Positions 37,946 through 47,418 of a DNA stretch of 64,000 nt are shown here, piece by piece (within the stretch, counting starts at the first letter, position 1; every line of letters starts with the position of its first letter). The DNA is from an uncultured Acetatifactor sp. Its GTDB lineage: Bacteria > Bacillota > Clostridia > Lachnospirales > Lachnospiraceae. The position numbers and the translations under genes are program-made. The DNA lies in the NCBI GenBank assembly GCA_947627115.1, contig CANQUQ010000009.1, forward strand, positions 14,829 through 78,828, in the 5' to 3' direction. Under the pieces are notes generated by a model. That model did not search any database. It was not told where the DNA came from and saw nothing but the letters and a program-made list of their open reading frames with translations.

Positions 37946-39049
37946 ATGAATGAAAAACTGAAGGTCGGTATTTTGGGCGGAACAGGAATGGTAGGACAGA
38001 GATTTATTGCTCTGCTGGAGGATCATCCGTGGTTCCGGGTGACGACGATCGCCGCCAGCCCCCGCTCGGCGGGCAAGACCTACGAGGAGGCCGTGGGCGA
38101 CAGGTGGAAGATGGATACGCCCATGCCGGAGGCGGTAAAGAATATTGTGGTAATGAACGTGAACGAGGTGGAGGCCGTCGCCTCCCAGGTGGATTTCGTG
38201 TTCAGCGCCGTGGATATGACCAAGGATGAGATCAAGAGGATCGAGGAGGAATATGCAAAGACGGAGACTCCGGTGGTCTCGAACAACAGCGCCCACAGAT
38301 GGACGCCGGATGTGCCCATGGTGGTGCCTGAGATCAACCCGGAGCACATGAAGGTGATCGACTTCCAGAGAAAGCGTCTTGGGACCAGCCGGGGCTTTGT
38401 GGCTGTGAAGCCCAACTGCTCCATTCAGAGCTATGCGCCTGTTCTGACCGCGTGGAAGGAGTTTGAGCCCACAGAGGTCGTGGCAACCACCTATCAGGCG
38501 ATCTCCGGTGCGGGCAAGACCTTTAAGGACTGGCCGGAAATGGTCGGAAATATCATTCCCTATATCGGCGGCGAGGAGGAGAAGAGCGAGAAGGAGCCTC
38601 TGCGCATATGGGGAGAGATCAGGGACGGCGTCATCGTTCCGGCGGAAAGCCCTTTGATCACGTGCCAGTGCATCCGCGTGCCGGTGTTGAACGGACATAC
38701 CGCTGCGGTGTTCGTGAGGTTCAGGAAAAAGCCCACGAAAGAACAGCTGCTGGAAAAGCTGAACTCTTTCAGCGGGGAACCTCAGAGGCTGGGACTTCCC
38801 AGTGCGCCCAAGCAGTTCATCCGCTATGTGGAGGAGGACAACAGGCCCCAGGTGACGATGGACGTGGACTATGAGAACGGTATGGGTATCACAGTGGGGC
38901 GCCTGAGAGAGGACACGCTTTTTGACTATAAATTTGTCGGGCTTTCGCATAACACAGTGAGAGGTGCCGCGGGCGGCGCGATACTCTGTGCAGAATTGCT
39001 GAAGGCTCAGGGATATATCACCCCGAAAGACCAAAAGACCTGTGGATGA
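37946..39049 (+). CDS. asd: Aspartate-semialdehyde dehydrogenase
   Basis: GGTGMVGQ, SNNSAHR, PNCS, TYQAISGAG, RVPVLNGH, HNTVRGAAGG. Confidence 0.95.
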   Translation: MNEKLKVGILGGTGMVGQRFIALLEDHPWFRVTTIAASPRSAGKTYEEAVGDRWKMDTPMPEAVKNIVVMNVNEVEAVASQVDFVFSAVDMTKDEIKRIEEEYAKTETPVVSNNSAHRWTPDVPMVVPEINPEHMKVIDFQRKRLGTSRGFVAVKPNCSIQSYAPVLTAWKEFEPTEVVATTYQAISGAGKTFKDWPEMVGNIIPYIGGEEEKSEKEPLRIWGEIRDGVIVPAESPLITCQCIRVPVLNGHTAAVFVRFRKKPTKEQLLEKLNSFSGEPQRLGLPSAPKQFIRYVEEDNRPQVTMDVDYENGMGITVGRLREDTLFDYKFVGLSHNTVRGAAGGAILCAELLKAQGYITPKDQKTCG

Positions 39050-39068
39050 TACCAAGGGGGCATAATCT

Positions 39069-40796
39069 ATGAGTGAACTTCACTATAAGCTGGATCTGTT
39101 GAAAGCAATGAATCAGAAGCTTACAGAAAAAGAAAGAATGTACCGTATGGTCTGTGATTCGGCGGAGGGCGCATTTCTGTATTACTCGTTCGATAAGAGC
39201 AAGCTGACGGCCCTCGGACAGTGGCGGGAGTATTTTAGCTTTGAGATCGCGGAACTGTCGGATCTGCAGAAGATCCTTGACGCCGTGGAGGACGAGGGAA
39301 GTGAATCTCAGCTCAGGGAAGTACTCTACCTGGAGAAGAAGGGCGAGGAGCATGCCGTCACAGAGTGTTTCTTGAAGGAAAGGCATCTCTGGCTGCAGTT
39401 CCGCACAAGAGTCTACTACGATCATTCCGGCAGGCCAACAGACAAGGTAATCTACATTACCAATGTGACAAAGCAGCGCCACAAGGATGAGGAGCTGCTC
39501 TATATGGCCTATTACGATAGCCTGACGGGGCTGTATAACCGTAATTACTTTGTCCAGCTTCTCAGTGAATACATTAGGAAGGCCTCCGAGACCAACAGCA
39601 TCGTCAGCGTCATGAATATTGATATAGATGAGTTCAACAAGGTGAACGACGGTCTTGGCATTGTTATGGGAGACGAGCTGGTGCAGCAGTTCGGTATGCT
39701 GCTGAAGGATCTCTGCCAGGAGAATGTCATCGCCTGCCATCTGCACAGAGATGTATATTGCATCGCCATCTATGATCCGGCGGGAACAAGGACGGCGGAG
39801 CATATCTATAAAGCAATCAAGGCCAGGACAAAGCAGCCGTTCCTTTTGAGCAACGGTTCGGACGTTCAGATCACGGTGAGCGTCGGCGTCGCGGAATATC
39901 CGGAGGCTGCGCGGTCCGCGCTGGAGCTGATCAATTACGCCGAGCTGGTGGTGTTCCGGGTGAAGGCCATGGGGCGCAACGGCTTTCAGTACTTTAACGC
40001 GCCTATTCTGGATGATTTCCTGAATTCCGTGGAGGTGGAGAACAGACTGAGGCAGGCTGTCACCAATCGGGATTTTGAACTGTATTATCAGCCGCAGTAC
40101 TACACCGGCAATATGCGTCTCAGGGGCGTGGAAGCACTGATCCGCTGGCACAGCAGTGAGGGAGAGGTGCTGAGTCCGGACACATTCATTCCCGTGGCTG
40201 AAAAGAACGGCAGCATTGTGCCGATCGGCAAGTGGGTCGTGGAGGAAAGCGTCAGACAGTATTCTGTCTGGAGGCAGCAGTTCGGCTTCCCCTTTATCAT
40301 GTCCATCAATATATCGGCGCTTCAGTATAAAAAGGACGATTTCGTGGACTTTCTGCTGAACATCCTGAATAAATATCAGGTCAAGCCCTTTGAGATCGAG
40401 CTGGAGATCACGGAGAGCGTGCTGATAGACGACTTTGCCGCCGTCTCCGAAAAGCTGAAGCTGCTGCGCGGATACGGCATACGGATATCCCTGGATGATT
40501 TCGGTACGGGCTTCTCATCCCTGTCCTATCTGAAGAAGCTGCCCATCGACACCCTGAAAATAGACAAATCCTTTATTGATACGGTACTGACGGATTCCTC
40601 CACCAGAGTGATCACGGAATCCATACTGAATATGGTGAAGGCCCTGGGCTTTGAATCTATTGCGGAGGGCGTGGAGCAGGAACAGCAATACAAATATCTG
40701 CACTCTATCGGCTGTGATGTGCTTCAGGGCTATCTGTTCAGCAAGCCGCTTCCGGCGGCAGATTTGGAAAAGATGATCGTTGGCAGCCTTGAGTAA
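39069..40796 (+). CDS. GGDEF-EAL protein, degenerate GGDEF, probable c-di-GMP phosphodiesterase
   Basis: DSLTGLYNR; GGDEF position reads HRDVY; YYQPQ, EALIRW, ELEITES, DDFGTGFSSL, KIDKSF, AEGVE, QGYLF. Confidence 0.88.
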   Translation: MSELHYKLDLLKAMNQKLTEKERMYRMVCDSAEGAFLYYSFDKSKLTALGQWREYFSFEIAELSDLQKILDAVEDEGSESQLREVLYLEKKGEEHAVTECFLKERHLWLQFRTRVYYDHSGRPTDKVIYITNVTKQRHKDEELLYMAYYDSLTGLYNRNYFVQLLSEYIRKASETNSIVSVMNIDIDEFNKVNDGLGIVMGDELVQQFGMLLKDLCQENVIACHLHRDVYCIAIYDPAGTRTAEHIYKAIKARTKQPFLLSNGSDVQITVSVGVAEYPEAARSALELINYAELVVFRVKAMGRNGFQYFNAPILDDFLNSVEVENRLRQAVTNRDFELYYQPQYYTGNMRLRGVEALIRWHSSEGEVLSPDTFIPVAEKNGSIVPIGKWVVEESVRQYSVWRQQFGFPFIMSINISALQYKKDDFVDFLLNILNKYQVKPFEIELEITESVLIDDFAAVSEKLKLLRGYGIRISLDDFGTGFSSLSYLKKLPIDTLKIDKSFIDTVLTDSSTRVITESILNMVKALGFESIAEGVEQEQQYKYLHSIGCDVLQGYLFSKPLPAADLEKMIVGSLE

Positions 40797-40873
40797 AGGC
40801 TGCCGATGTTTTGTGCGGGAGTCAGTCGCCAGGTGTGAAATGACAGCCGGATGATCGGAGGGAAAAGAGATCT

Positions 40874-42853
40874 GTGGGGAAAAGTCTATTTATTGCTGAA
40901 AAACCGAGCGTTGCAAGAGAATTTGCCAGCGCACTGAAAATAAACACTGCTCCCCGCGACGGCTATCTGGAGGCCCAGGATGCCATTGTGACGTGGTGCG
41001 TCGGACATCTTGTCACCATGAGCTATCCGGAGGTCTACGATGAGAAATACAGGCGGTGGAGCTTTGACACGATTCCCTTTCTGCCGGAGGAGTTCAAGTA
41101 TGAAGTCATCGACAGCTCCAGAAAGCAATATACTGTGGTAAGCTCTCTGATGAAACGGCCCGATGTGACTACCATCTACGTCTGTACCGACTCCGGGCGC
41201 GAGGGAGAGTATATCTATCGCCTGGTAGAGCAGATGTCGGGCGTGACCGGCAAGGAGCGCAAACGTGTCTGGATCGACTCGCAGACGCAGGAGGAGATCC
41301 TGCGCGGCATACGGGAGGCCAAGGACCTGTCCGAGTATGACAATCTGAGCGATGCCGCTTATCTGCGCGCCAAAGAAGACTATTTGATGGGAATCAATTT
41401 TTCCAGAGTCCTGACCTTGAAGTACGGAAGGACGGTCAGGGATTATCTGAAACGGGATAAGGCCGTGATATCCGTGGGGCGCGTGATGACCTGCGTCCTT
41501 GGGATCGTTGTGAACAGGGAACGGGAGATACGCTCCTTTGTCAAAACGCCCTTTTACCGGGTGCTGGGCAATTTCAGGCTCCGGGACAGCGTTCTTCCGG
41601 CGGAGTGGAAGGCGGTGGAGGGCTCGGCCTGGCACATGTCGCCGAAGCTCTATAAGGAGAACGGCTTCAGGGAGAAGGAGACCGCAGAACAGTTGATCTC
41701 GCAGCTGCAGCAGGAGCCTGTGGGCGAGATCGTAATAGAGAGCATCGAAAAAAAGAAAGAAAATAAGAACCCGCCTCTGCTGTACAATCTTGCGGAGCTG
41801 CAGAACGAATGCTCCAGGATGTTCAAGATCAGTCCGGACGAAACGCTGCGCATCGTGCAGGAGCTGTATGAGAGAAAGCTGGTCACCTACCCCCGAACGG
41901 ACGCAAGAGTACTTTCCACCGCTGTTTCCAAGGAAATACATAAAAATCTGGCCGGGCTGAAAAATTACGGCCCCGCCGCCGGGATCGCGGCGGAGATCCT
42001 GGAAAAAGGCAGTTATAAAGGCATTGCCAAAACACGGTATGTAAATGACAGGCAGATCACGGATCATTACGCCATCATCCCCACGGGACAGGGCCTGAAC
42101 GGCTTAGGAAGCATGCCGCAGCTGTCGGCAAGGGTGTACGAGGTCATCACGCGCAGATTTTTGAGTATTTTTTACCCTGCGGCGGTGTATATGAAGTACA
42201 CGCTGAAGGTGAAGGTGAAGGAGGAACGGTTCTTTGCCAATTTTAAGGTGCCGGCCCAGAAGGGATATCTGAGGGTGGCAGCATGCTCCTTCAGCAGGCC
42301 CGCCGAGAACCAGGAGACGGTGATCGACGACGAAAAAATGAGAGGGCTCCTGGCGGATCTGAAAAAGGGAGAGCCGGTGGAGAGCGCCTCTTACGAGATC
42401 AAAGAGGGAGAGACCTCGCCTCCGAAGCGGTATACCTCCGGAAGCATCATACTGACCATGGAGAACGCCGGACAATTCATCGAGGATGAGGAACTGCGGG
42501 CCCAGATCAAGGGCAGCGGGATCGGCACCAGCGCCACCAGGGCCGAGATCCTGAAAAAGCTGGTGAACATTGAGTATTTGGCGCTGAGCAAAAAGACGCA
42601 GGTGCTCACCCCAACGCTGATGGGAGAGATGATCTACGACGTGGTGGAGAGCTCCATCAAGGCGCTGCTCGATCCGTCCCTGACCGCAAGCTGGGAGAAG
42701 GGGCTGACGCTGGTGGCCCAGGGCGACATCACCTCGCAGGAGTATATGGATAAGCTCACGGGCTTTGTGGGCAGGCGGACGGAGTATGTGAAAAGGCTGA
42801 ACAATCAGGGAGCATTGTATGCCCAGTTCCGGGCTGCGGCGGAAAATTATTGA
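40874..42853 (+). CDS. topB: DNA topoisomerase III (type IA)
   Basis: IAEKPSVA, WCVGHL, DSGREGE, VGRVMT, catalytic TYPRTD, GIGTSATR; GTG start. Confidence 0.9.
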   Translation: MGKSLFIAEKPSVAREFASALKINTAPRDGYLEAQDAIVTWCVGHLVTMSYPEVYDEKYRRWSFDTIPFLPEEFKYEVIDSSRKQYTVVSSLMKRPDVTTIYVCTDSGREGEYIYRLVEQMSGVTGKERKRVWIDSQTQEEILRGIREAKDLSEYDNLSDAAYLRAKEDYLMGINFSRVLTLKYGRTVRDYLKRDKAVISVGRVMTCVLGIVVNREREIRSFVKTPFYRVLGNFRLRDSVLPAEWKAVEGSAWHMSPKLYKENGFREKETAEQLISQLQQEPVGEIVIESIEKKKENKNPPLLYNLAELQNECSRMFKISPDETLRIVQELYERKLVTYPRTDARVLSTAVSKEIHKNLAGLKNYGPAAGIAAEILEKGSYKGIAKTRYVNDRQITDHYAIIPTGQGLNGLGSMPQLSARVYEVITRRFLSIFYPAAVYMKYTLKVKVKEERFFANFKVPAQKGYLRVAACSFSRPAENQETVIDDEKMRGLLADLKKGEPVESASYEIKEGETSPPKRYTSGSIILTMENAGQFIEDEELRAQIKGSGIGTSATRAEILKKLVNIEYLALSKKTQVLTPTLMGEMIYDVVESSIKALLDPSLTASWEKGLTLVAQGDITSQEYMDKLTGFVGRRTEYVKRLNNQGALYAQFRAAAENY

Positions 42854-42877
42854 AAATGAAGAAAGGAATCGGCGATT

Positions 42878-43555
42878 ATGAGCGGTGTGACCGTAGAAGA
42901 GCTGTTCGATCTGAAGGAGACCATAGCGGCTGAGCTTTTTACGGGGGTGACCTACCCCTGGGAGGTCCTTCCCAAGATCCATGATTTTATAATTGCACTG
43001 GGAGAAGAGCTGCCGGAGGATGTGTATGAGCGGCGGGGAGAATATATCTGGATCGCAAGGAGCGCAGAGGTCGCGCAGACGGCCTGTCTGAACGGCCCCC
43101 TGATCGTGGATCGGGAGGCGCAGATCCGACACTGTGCCTTTGTGCGTGGCAATGCCATCGTAGGAAAGGGAGCCGTGGTGGGAAATTCCACGGAGCTGAA
43201 GAATGTGATCCTCTTTGATAAGGTGCAGGTGCCCCACTACAATTATGTGGGGGACAGCGTGCTGGGATTTAAGAGCCATATGGGAGCCGGCTCCATCACC
43301 TCCAACGTGAAGAGCGACAAGACGCCGGTGACGGTAAAGGGAGAGGAGATCTGTCTTGAGACCGGTCTGAAGAAGATGGGAGCCATGCTGGGCGATCATG
43401 TGGAGGTGGGGTGCAACAGCGTTCTGAACCCCGGCACCGTGATCGGGAAGAACACCAATATTTATCCCGTTTCCTGTGTGAGAGGAGTGATCGGGGCGAA
43501 CTGCATTTACAAGGATGCGGAACATATTGTTCCGAAGCAGACAGCAAAATATTGA
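42878..43555 (+). CDS. Stand-alone hexapeptide-repeat acyltransferase resembling the GlmU acetyltransferase domain
   Basis: VGNSTELKN, VPHYNYVGDS, GAGSITSN, VGCNSVLNPG; no nucleotidyltransferase domain. Confidence 0.75.
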   Translation: MSGVTVEELFDLKETIAAELFTGVTYPWEVLPKIHDFIIALGEELPEDVYERRGEYIWIARSAEVAQTACLNGPLIVDREAQIRHCAFVRGNAIVGKGAVVGNSTELKNVILFDKVQVPHYNYVGDSVLGFKSHMGAGSITSNVKSDKTPVTVKGEEICLETGLKKMGAMLGDHVEVGCNSVLNPGTVIGKNTNIYPVSCVRGVIGANCIYKDAEHIVPKQTAKY

Positions 43556-43639
43556 CGAACAATGGGAAATGAGTTATATTAATCAGGTATGGTGCGATGC
43601 TCTGAGCAGAGCGTCGACACACTGAAGGAGGAGAATATT

Positions 43640-44707
43640 ATGAAGAAAAAAATCGTATCACTGCTGCTGACGGCAGTGCTGGCCATGACCGCTCTGAGCG
43701 GATGCGGCGGCAATGCCGAAGGTGCAGAGGAAAGCAGCACTGCAAATGTGGAAGAGAGCAAAGATGTTGAGGAGAGCAATGATGCCGGGGCAGATAACGG
43801 CGCAGACAGCGCGTCGGCCGGGAAGACATATACGATCGGCATCTGCCAGCTGGTGGAGCATCCCGCATTGGATGCGGCCACTCAGGGATTTCAGGACGCG
43901 CTGGTAGACAAACTGGGAGCGGACAGGGTGACCTTCCAGCTTCAGAACGCACAGAACGATCAGAACGTGGCAGGGACCATCTGCAACGGCTTTGTGTCCG
44001 ACGGCGTTGACCTGATCCTGGCGAATGCCACCACGCCTCTGCAGAGCGCTGCGGCAGCGACCACCAGCATTCCCATTCTCGGAACCTCCATTACCGATTA
44101 TGCCACCGCGCTTGAGATCGCGGACTGGACCGGTTCCACCGGCAGGAATATTTCCGGAACCTCCGACCTGGCTCCCATCGACCAGCAGGAGGATATGGTC
44201 CTGGAGCTGTTCCCCGATGTAAAGAAGGTGGGACTTCTGTACTGTACGGCAGAGCCCAACTCCGATTATCAGATCCGTCTGTTCAGCCAGGCGCTGGAGG
44301 AGGACAATATTCCTTACCAGACATACGGCATCGCAGACACCAACGAGGTACAGTCCGTTGTGACTACGGCGGCAAGCGAGTGCGATGTGCTCTATATACC
44401 TACCGACAACACTCTTGCCAACGTGACGGAGACCGTATACAATGTTGTGGTTCCCGCAAAGGTGCCCGTGATCGCGGGTGAGGAAGGAATCTGCGGCGGC
44501 TGCGGCGTTGCAACGCTGTCCATCAGCTACTACGATCTCGGATATGCCACCGGTGAGATGGCGTATGAGATCCTTGAGGAGGGCGCCGATATCTCTTCCA
44601 TGGATGTGCGTTTCGCTCCCAATGTGACCAAGAAGTACAATGCCGAGATCTGCGAACAGCTCGGCGTCACGATCCCCGAAGGATATGAGGCGATCGTAAG
44701 CGAATAA
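43640..44707 (+). CDS. ABC substrate-binding lipoprotein (ABC_sub_bind, aromatic amino acid type)
   Basis: Lipobox LSGC; QLVEHPALDA, ANATTPLQ, GTSD, PTDN. Confidence 0.85.
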   Translation: MKKKIVSLLLTAVLAMTALSGCGGNAEGAEESSTANVEESKDVEESNDAGADNGADSASAGKTYTIGICQLVEHPALDAATQGFQDALVDKLGADRVTFQLQNAQNDQNVAGTICNGFVSDGVDLILANATTPLQSAAAATTSIPILGTSITDYATALEIADWTGSTGRNISGTSDLAPIDQQEDMVLELFPDVKKVGLLYCTAEPNSDYQIRLFSQALEEDNIPYQTYGIADTNEVQSVVTTAASECDVLYIPTDNTLANVTETVYNVVVPAKVPVIAGEEGICGGCGVATLSISYYDLGYATGEMAYEILEEGADISSMDVRFAPNVTKKYNAEICEQLGVTIPEGYEAIVSE

Positions 44708-44727
44708 AGGCACAGAGACAAGAACAG

Positions 44728-44770
44728 CGGATAGGGATGGCGTGAAGAACACTGTCCCTATCTGATTTTT
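44728..44770 (+). terminator. Intra-operon hairpin after the substrate-binding gene
   Basis: cggataggga...tccctatctg followed by atttt. Confidence 0.55.
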
Positions 44771-44837
44771 ACACGTGCAGTGACCTGTTTTGCCGTGACG
44801 TAAGTACGGCTGACCATCATGACAAGGAGGACAGAAG

Positions 44838-45785
44838 ATGCTGTGTTTGATAACATTGAATCCCCTCTCCCTGTTCCGGGCATTCCCCGGCTCCATTGCT
44901 CAGGGAATGATATGGGGCATTATGGCGCTGGGAGTCTATATTACCTTCCGGCTGCTTGATTTTCCGGATCTGACAGTGGACGGCTCCATAGCCACAGGGG
45001 CGGCAGTGTCTGTCATGCTGATCCGCGGGGGCGTGTCGCCTCTTCTGTCTCTGCCTGCCGCATTTCTGGTGGGAATGCTGGCCGGACTTGCCACCGGACT
45101 GTTGAACACACTTCTTGGAATTCCTGGAATACTGGCAAGTATTCTGACACAGATATCTCTGTATTCCGTGAACCTGATGATCATGGGAAAATCCAATCAG
45201 CCTGTCAGCGTGGACAATTATCCTCTGGTGACATCCCTCAGGTATGTGACGGAGGGTTCCGCCGCGAGCAAGTGCATGTTCTTCCTCGGAATGGCCCTGT
45301 TCTTGATCGCGCTGGTCGCCGTTCTGTACTGGTATTTCGGCACGGAGCAGGGGCACGCCATACGTGCCACGGGCTGTAACGGCAATATGGCCAGGGCCCA
45401 GGGCATCAACACCAACTTTATCAAGGTGCTGGCGCTGATGATATCCAACGGCCTGGTGGGACTTTGCGGCGGCATGTATGCCCAGTTCCAGGGGGCTGCA
45501 GACATCAACATGGGACGCGGCGCCATTGTGATCGGTCTGGCGGCCGTGATCATCGGTGAGGTGCTGTTCGGGAAGTTCGCCAGCAGAAGAAGACTGGCCT
45601 TCGCCTATACCCTGATCGCAGTGATCCTTGGGGCCGTGATCTATTACATGGTATATCAGTTCGTCCTGTGGCTGAAGATGCCGTCGGAGAATATGAAGCT
45701 GTTCTCCGCCATTGTCGTCGCAATTTTTCTGGCGATCCCCTATCTGAAAGAAAAGCGGAGCGTAAAGAAGGGGGTGGCGCGGTAA
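44838..45785 (+). CDS. ABC permease (BPD_transp_2 type)
   Basis: FPDLTVDGS, GNMARAQG, GRGAIVIGLAAVIIGE. Confidence 0.88.
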   Translation: MLCLITLNPLSLFRAFPGSIAQGMIWGIMALGVYITFRLLDFPDLTVDGSIATGAAVSVMLIRGGVSPLLSLPAAFLVGMLAGLATGLLNTLLGIPGILASILTQISLYSVNLMIMGKSNQPVSVDNYPLVTSLRYVTEGSAASKCMFFLGMALFLIALVAVLYWYFGTEQGHAIRATGCNGNMARAQGINTNFIKVLALMISNGLVGLCGGMYAQFQGAADINMGRGAIVIGLAAVIIGEVLFGKFASRRRLAFAYTLIAVILGAVIYYMVYQFVLWLKMPSENMKLFSAIVVAIFLAIPYLKEKRSVKKGVAR

Positions 45786-46588
45786 TGGCATATGCATTGG
45801 AGATCAATGATGTACATAAAGTGTTTAACAAGGGTACTGTCAATGAAAAGGTGGCGCTGGACGGTGTGGACCTGAGGCTGAACTCCGGGGATTTTGTGAC
45901 GATCATCGGCGGGAACGGCGCAGGCAAGTCCACGACCCTGAACGCCATAGCCGGTGTATGGCCGGTCGACAGCGGCAGGATCATTATTGACGGGACCGAC
46001 ATCACAGGTCTTCCAGAACACAAGCGGGCCGCATTTCTGGGCCGTGTGTTCCAGGATCCCATGACAGGCACGGCGGCTACCATGGATATCGAGGAAAACA
46101 TGGCCATTGCCTGCCGCAGGGGACAGCGCAGGACATTGAAATGGGGCATCACCAGACAAGAGAGGGAGGAATTCCGGGAAAAGCTTTCCACCCTGGGACT
46201 TGGGTTGGAGGAACGCATGACCACCAAGGTGGGACTGCTGTCCGGAGGACAGAGACAGGCAATCACACTGCTGATGGCCTCCATGAAGCACCCGAAGCTG
46301 CTTCTTTTGGATGAGCACACTGCGGCGCTGGATCCCAAGACGGCGGCCAAGGTACTTGAGATCAGCGACAGGATCATCTCCGACAATCAACTGACGGCCA
46401 TGATGGTGACCCACAATATGAAGGACGCCATCACCCACGGCAACCGGCTCATCATGATGCACGAGGGCAGGATCATCTATGACGTGTCGGGGGAGGAAAA
46501 GCAGAAGCTGCACGTGAAGGATCTTCTGGCTAAATTTGAGGAGGTCAGCGGAGGAGAATTCGCCAACGACAGAATGATGCTCACATAA
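45785..46588 (+). CDS. ABC ATP-binding protein
   Basis: GGNGAGKST, LSGGQRQ, LLLDEHTAALDP, VTHN; TAATG coupling. Confidence 0.92.
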   Translation: MAYALEINDVHKVFNKGTVNEKVALDGVDLRLNSGDFVTIIGGNGAGKSTTLNAIAGVWPVDSGRIIIDGTDITGLPEHKRAAFLGRVFQDPMTGTAATMDIEENMAIACRRGQRRTLKWGITRQEREEFREKLSTLGLGLEERMTTKVGLLSGGQRQAITLLMASMKHPKLLLLDEHTAALDPKTAAKVLEISDRIISDNQLTAMMVTHNMKDAITHGNRLIMMHEGRIIYDVSGEEKQKLHVKDLLAKFEEVSGGEFANDRMMLT

Positions 46589-46704
46589 TTAAAAAAACTC
46601 TGGATTTTTTGCCGTAAATATGAGAAAATGTACGGGAATGATATTATTTTGTCAATGGACCTGATGAAATAATAACATATATACACATTGAAAGGAGATT
46701 TCGC

Positions 46705-47397
46705 ATGATTTATTCAAAGGAAGTTGAAGAAATGTGTCCTGTGGCTCAGGGCGTACATCATGGCTGCGCACCCATTCCCGAAGAAGCAAAATGGGTACAG
46801 GCCAAGAAAGTGGAAGACATCTCCGGTTTCACACACGGTGTGGGCTGGTGTGCTCCTCAGCAGGGCGCCTGCAAGCTGTCCCTGAATGTGAAGGAGGGCA
46901 TCATTCAGGAGGCCCTGGTGGAGACCATCGGCTGCTCCGGCATGACTCACTCCGCAGCTATGGCGGCTGAAATCCTTCCCGGTCTGACCGTGATGGAGGC
47001 ACTGAATACCGACCTGGTATGCGATGCCATCAACACCGCTATGAGAGAGCTGTTCCTGCAGATCGTTTACGGACGTTCCCAGAGCGCATTTTCCGAGGAG
47101 GGACTGCCTGTGGGCGCCGGCCTGGAGGATCTGGGCAAGGGCCTGCGGAGCCAGGTGGGAACCATGTACGGCACGCTGGCAAAGGGTCCCCGTTATCTGG
47201 AGATGGCAGAGGGCTATGTAACAGGTATTGCTTTGGATAAAGACGATCAGATCATCGGCTATCAGTTCGTGAGCCTCGGAAAGATGACCGACTTCATCAA
47301 GAAGGGCGACGATCCCAACACCGCATGGGAGAAGGCAAAGGGCCAGTACGGCCGTGTGGACGATGCAGTTAAGATCATCGATCCCAGAAAAGAATAA
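46705..47397 (+). CDS. NifU/IscU-like protein (partner of GGGtGRT)
   Basis: GWCAPQQGACK, IGCSGMTHSA, LVCDAIN. Confidence 0.75.
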   Translation: MIYSKEVEEMCPVAQGVHHGCAPIPEEAKWVQAKKVEDISGFTHGVGWCAPQQGACKLSLNVKEGIIQEALVETIGCSGMTHSAAMAAEILPGLTVMEALNTDLVCDAINTAMRELFLQIVYGRSQSAFSEEGLPVGAGLEDLGKGLRSQVGTMYGTLAKGPRYLEMAEGYVTGIALDKDDQIIGYQFVSLGKMTDFIKKGDDPNTAWEKAKGQYGRVDDAVKIIDPRKE

Positions 47398-47418
47398 GGA
47401 TGAAGGAGGACAGAGAAA

